A stretch of 32,000 bases of DNA, from contig NC_000964.3 in the NCBI RefSeq assembly GCF_000009045.1, forward strand, positions 3,960,001-3,992,000. Reading direction: 5' to 3'. Each line of letters starts with the position of its first letter. Position 1 is the stretch's first letter. Source of the stretch: Bacillus subtilis subsp. subtilis str. 168 (lineage in GTDB: Bacteria; Bacillota; Bacilli; Bacillales; Bacillaceae). Made by a program: the position numbers and the translations under genes. Positions 29,232 through 32,000 of this stretch are shown here, piece by piece. The notes under the pieces were generated by a model that ran no database searches, had not been told where the DNA came from, and was given only the letters and a program-made list of their open reading frames with translations.

Positions 29232-29873
29232 ATGGCAGGAAAACTAGTACCCTGTAAAGCTTGCGGTCAAGAAATTGCAAAGGGTGTAAAAAAATGTCCT
29301 AACTGCGGTAAGGATCAACGTAACTTTTTTATGCGACATAAAATCATTACGTTTATTCTCGCAGTTGTTGTCATCATTATTATCGGTAATATGATTGGCG
29401 GCGGAGGCGGCTCAGAAGCCACTTCCAAAACATCAAGCAGCAGCAAAGCAGAAACTGAAAAAACATACAATATCGGTGATACCGTAAAAACTGAAAAAAC
29501 TGAAGTGACGGTTACGAAGGTAGAGGACAGAGATACTGTCGGTACTCAATATGTTGAAAAGAAAGCATCTGAGGGAGGTACAATTGTAGCTGTTCAATAT
29601 ACAATTAAAAACGTATCTAAAAAGCCGATTAGCTCTTTTTCAATTCCAACTGTTAAATTAGTTGATGCTGATGGTACTTCTTATGATTCTGATATTGATG
29701 CTTCTGTAAACTATGCAACTGAGACAAAAGTTGATAACTCTAAAATTTTGAGTGATCTAAATCCTAATATTAAAGTAACAGGTGTAAAAGCATTTGAAGT
29801 TGACAAGGAAGCTTATGCAAAAGGCACTTGGAAACTAAAATTCAGTAATGATGTTATTGTGAAAATCAAATAA
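29232..29873 (+). CDS. yxkC: Zinc-ribbon, single-TM, DUF4352-like extracellular domain protein
   Basis: 213 aa from ATG at 29232 with SD GGAGG; CKACGQEIAKGVKKCPNCG, TM segment, GGGGGS linker, DUF4352-like beta domain with DNA-unrelated fold inferred. Confidence 0.85.
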   Translation: MAGKLVPCKACGQEIAKGVKKCPNCGKDQRNFFMRHKIITFILAVVVIIIIGNMIGGGGGSEATSKTSSSSKAETEKTYNIGDTVKTEKTEVTVTKVEDRDTVGTQYVEKKASEGGTIVAVQYTIKNVSKKPISSFSIPTVKLVDADGTSYDSDIDASVNYATETKVDNSKILSDLNPNIKVTGVKAFEVDKEAYAKGTWKLKFSNDVIVKIK

Positions 29874-29880
29874 CAGCTAA

Positions 29881-29910
29881 CAAGGGTGCCTGTTTAGGCA
29901 CCCTTGTTCT
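29881..29910 (+). terminator. Rho-independent terminator of yxkC
   Basis: CAAGGGTGCC-TGTTTA-GGCACCCTTG then TTCTTT. Confidence 0.8.
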
Positions 29911-29911
29911 T

Positions 29912-29941
29912 TAAAAAAGGCCTTCTCAATTGAGAAGGCCT
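29912..29941 (-). terminator. Rho-independent terminator of galE
   Basis: Perfect stem AGGCCTTCTC-AATT-GAGAAGGCCT with A-run upstream (U-tract on minus). Confidence 0.85.
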
Positions 29942-29947
29942 CCATTC

Positions 29948-30967
29948 TTATTCCGCACTCTTATACCCATTCACATTAGAAGACTGCCATCTCCAGGAAT
30001 CAGCACACATTTCCTCAAGGCCGCGTTTCGCTTCCCAGCCTAGTTCTCGCTTGGCTTTCGCAGGATCTGCAAAGCATGTGGCGATGTCTCCCGGACGGCG
30101 GTCCGCAAAACGGTATGGAACCTCTTTCCCTGACACTTTTTCAAAGGCTTTGACCATTTCCAGCACGCTGTAGCCTGTGCCTGTTCCAAGGTTGTATGCA
30201 TCGGCTCCTGTAGAGTTCAATACTTTTTCCAGCGCCTTGACGTGGCCTTCTGCGAGATCAACGACGTGAATATAATCGCGTACGCCTGTCCCGTCTTTTG
30301 TCGGATAGTCATTTCCGAATACGCTTAATTGCTCGAGCTTCCCGACTGCTACCTGTGCCACATACGGCATAAGGTTATTTGGGATTCCGTTCGGGTCTTC
30401 ACCGATCCGTCCGCTTGGATGCGCGCCGAACGGGTTAAAGTAACGAAGCAGCGCAACGCTCCACTCATTGTCGGCTGTATGCAAATCACGCAATATTTGT
30501 TCAAGCATGAGCTTCGTCTGCCCATAAGGATTTGTCGCGCCTAATGGAAAGTCTTCCGTAATCGGCGATGTTTCCGGAACGCCGTATACTGTCGCAGATG
30601 AACTGAATACGATTTTCTTGACGCCGTATTTCTCCATGGCCTCGCATAAAATAAACGTTCCTGTCAAATTGTTATGATAATATTTGAGGGGAATCGCCAC
30701 AGATTCGCCGACTGCTTTTAACCCTGCAAAATGAATCACAGCTTCGATTTCATTTTCAGCAAAAACGGAATCTACCGCTTCCCGGTCCAATAAATCCGCT
30801 TCGTAGAACGTTAAATCTTTTCCTGTAATCTCCTTGACACGGTTCAGCGCTTCAGCTGAACTGTTGGACAGATTATCAAGAACAACAATCTCGTAGCCGC
30901 TGTTCAATAGTTCAACACATGTGTGGCTGCCAATGTAACCGGCACCGCCAGTAACAAGTATTGCCAT
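29948..30967 (-). CDS. galE: UDP-glucose 4-epimerase
   Basis: 339 aa; [24 protein letters not shown]-binding motif, YGQTK catalytic motif. Confidence 0.97.
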   Translation of the reverse strand: MAILVTGGAGYIGSHTCVELLNSGYEIVVLDNLSNSSAEALNRVKEITGKDLTFYEADLLDREAVDSVFAENEIEAVIHFAGLKAVGESVAIPLKYYHNNLTGTFILCEAMEKYGVKKIVFSSSATVYGVPETSPITEDFPLGATNPYGQTKLMLEQILRDLHTADNEWSVALLRYFNPFGAHPSGRIGEDPNGIPNNLMPYVAQVAVGKLEQLSVFGNDYPTKDGTGVRDYIHVVDLAEGHVKALEKVLNSTGADAYNLGTGTGYSVLEMVKAFEKVSGKEVPYRFADRRPGDIATCFADPAKAKRELGWEAKRGLEEMCADSWRWQSSNVNGYKSAE

Positions 30968-31081
30968 GATGTAAACCCTCCTAAAAAATGACCTGTTTTC
31001 ATTATATAGTGTTTAGAACCGGTCCACATCCATTTTTAAGAAGTTTAATCGTTTATTAATAGTTTTTTCATATTTTTTAGC

Positions 31082-31588
31082 TTAAACCCTTGCCAGCAAT
31101 TCGATAGAGGTTTCAGCAAGAATGTGCTCTTTCATTTCTTGATAGAGCTCATTCAAGTAAAAGCCCGGCTGAAGATTCAGCTCAGCATCTAAAGCATAGA
31201 CCGTCAATGTATACGCATGATCCTTGTCAGGCGGTGTCGGCCCGCAATACTGGTGAATCACCTTTGGATCGTTGCTTCCCGCAAGCGGTGAAGCAAAGCT
31301 GTTTTGCCCTTGTATCATCAAGTCCTGTCTTTCCTCACTCGCATGTTCAGGAAGCTCTCCGATGTAAGCCGGAATATTAGCCGCTGTCCAGTGAATCCAG
31401 CTGAATCCGCATACGGGAATGGCGTCATGATCGATGAAAGTAAGTGCGAGCGTCTTTGCTCCGGACGGGATGTCATCAAAATGAATTGGAAAGGATACAA
31501 ATGGGTTTCCTTCTCTCTTATATTTTTCATCCGCGTATTTTGAATACTTGTCATGTAAATATGGATTTGCTTCTACGTATATGTTCAT
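31082..31588 (-). CDS. yxkA: YbhB/PEBP (phosphatidylethanolamine-binding) family protein
   Basis: 168 aa; SIPCGF-like VCGFSWIHWTAANIP, KVIHQYCGPTPPDKDHAYTLTVYAL. Confidence 0.9.
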   Translation of the reverse strand: MNIYVEANPYLHDKYSKYADEKYKREGNPFVSFPIHFDDIPSGAKTLALTFIDHDAIPVCGFSWIHWTAANIPAYIGELPEHASEERQDLMIQGQNSFASPLAGSNDPKVIHQYCGPTPPDKDHAYTLTVYALDAELNLQPGFYLNELYQEMKEHILAETSIELLARV

Positions 31589-31717
31589 ATGAATCCCTCT
31601 CTCTATTTTCTCGTTCTATAGGTATACTAAACGAATCGATGTATAATCAGTGATAAACAAATACGCATGTAAACGTAACAATTTGTTATGGATAACTTGC
31701 AGTGAAGGAGATATTTC

Positions 31718-32000
31718 ATGGATTTAAAATGGCTGCAAACCTTTATTGCCGCAGCGGAATCAGAGAGCTTCAGGGAGGCGGCTGAGCATCTGTATCTCAC
31801 ACAGCCTGCCGTTTCTCAGCATATGAGGAAATTGGAAGATGAACTGGACATGAGGTTGTTTTTGCATAGCGGAAGACGAGTCGTACTGACTGACGAAGGC
31901 AGGCTCTTTTTGCCTTATGCCAAAGAAATGATCCATGTTTACCAAGCTGGAAAGCAGAAAGTCAGTCAATGGAAACAGGGGTACAGCCGATCACTCACGC
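31718..32000 (+). CDS. yxjO: LysR-family transcriptional regulator, N-terminal part (truncated by window edge)
   Basis: ATG at 31718 with SD GAAGGAG; MDLKWLQTFIAAAESESFREAAEHLYLTQPAVSQHMRKLEDELDMRLFLHSGRRVVLTDEG, classical LysR HTH. Absent from ORF track. Confidence 0.9.
   Translation, partial: MDLKWLQTFIAAAESESFREAAEHLYLTQPAVSQHMRKLEDELDMRLFLHSGRRVVLTDEGRLFLPYAKEMIHVYQAGKQKVSQWKQGYSRSLT

Noticed and set aside
1-32000. Search for CRISPR arrays, tRNA/rRNA genes, IS elements, prophage or toxin-antitoxin modules
   Set aside because: No regularly spaced repeats, no tRNA or rRNA sequence, no transposase/integrase ORF and no plausible TA pair were found by eye; all large ORFs fit housekeeping or accessory metabolism.

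Overview
This 32 kb window looks like ordinary Bacillus subtilis-group chromosome, matching the licR to yxjO neighbourhood recalled from the 168 gene map. It is not a mobile or defence island. Gene content in order: 3' part of a beta-glucoside PTS cluster (licA partial, licC, licB) with its activator licR; a small cationic ORF (yxzF-like); 3-methyladenine DNA glycosylase (yxlJ/aag); catalase katX; an MFS transporter (yxlH); the ECF sigma-Y operon sigY-yxlC-yxlD-yxlE-yxlF-yxlG; a purine/cytosine-type permease (yxlA); NAD(P)H-hydrate dehydratase (yxkO/nnrD); cydABCD; the 2-hydroxycarboxylate transporter cimH; an M48-like membrane protease (yxkI) followed by a tiny Gly-rich membrane peptide (yxzE); a polysaccharide-deacetylase lipoprotein (yxkH); ABC ATPase msmX; a PucR-type regulator (yxkF); aldehyde dehydrogenase aldY; a YitT-family protein (yxkD) behind a ykkC-yxkD / guanidine-I riboswitch; a zinc-ribbon membrane protein (yxkC); galE; a PEBP-family protein (yxkA); and the start of a LysR regulator (yxjO). 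The strongest non-coding signals are the guanidine-I riboswitch with its terminator and promoter, three aligned Rex-type operators before cydA, a perfect cre plus a dyad before licB, the sigma-Y autoregulatory promoter, and a sigma-F/sigma-B type promoter before katX. I found no convincing previously undescribed multi-gene system. The least explained pieces are yxkI-yxzE, yxkC, yxzF and the small membrane proteins of the sigY operon. All names come from recognition of protein sequence and gene order, not from a database search.
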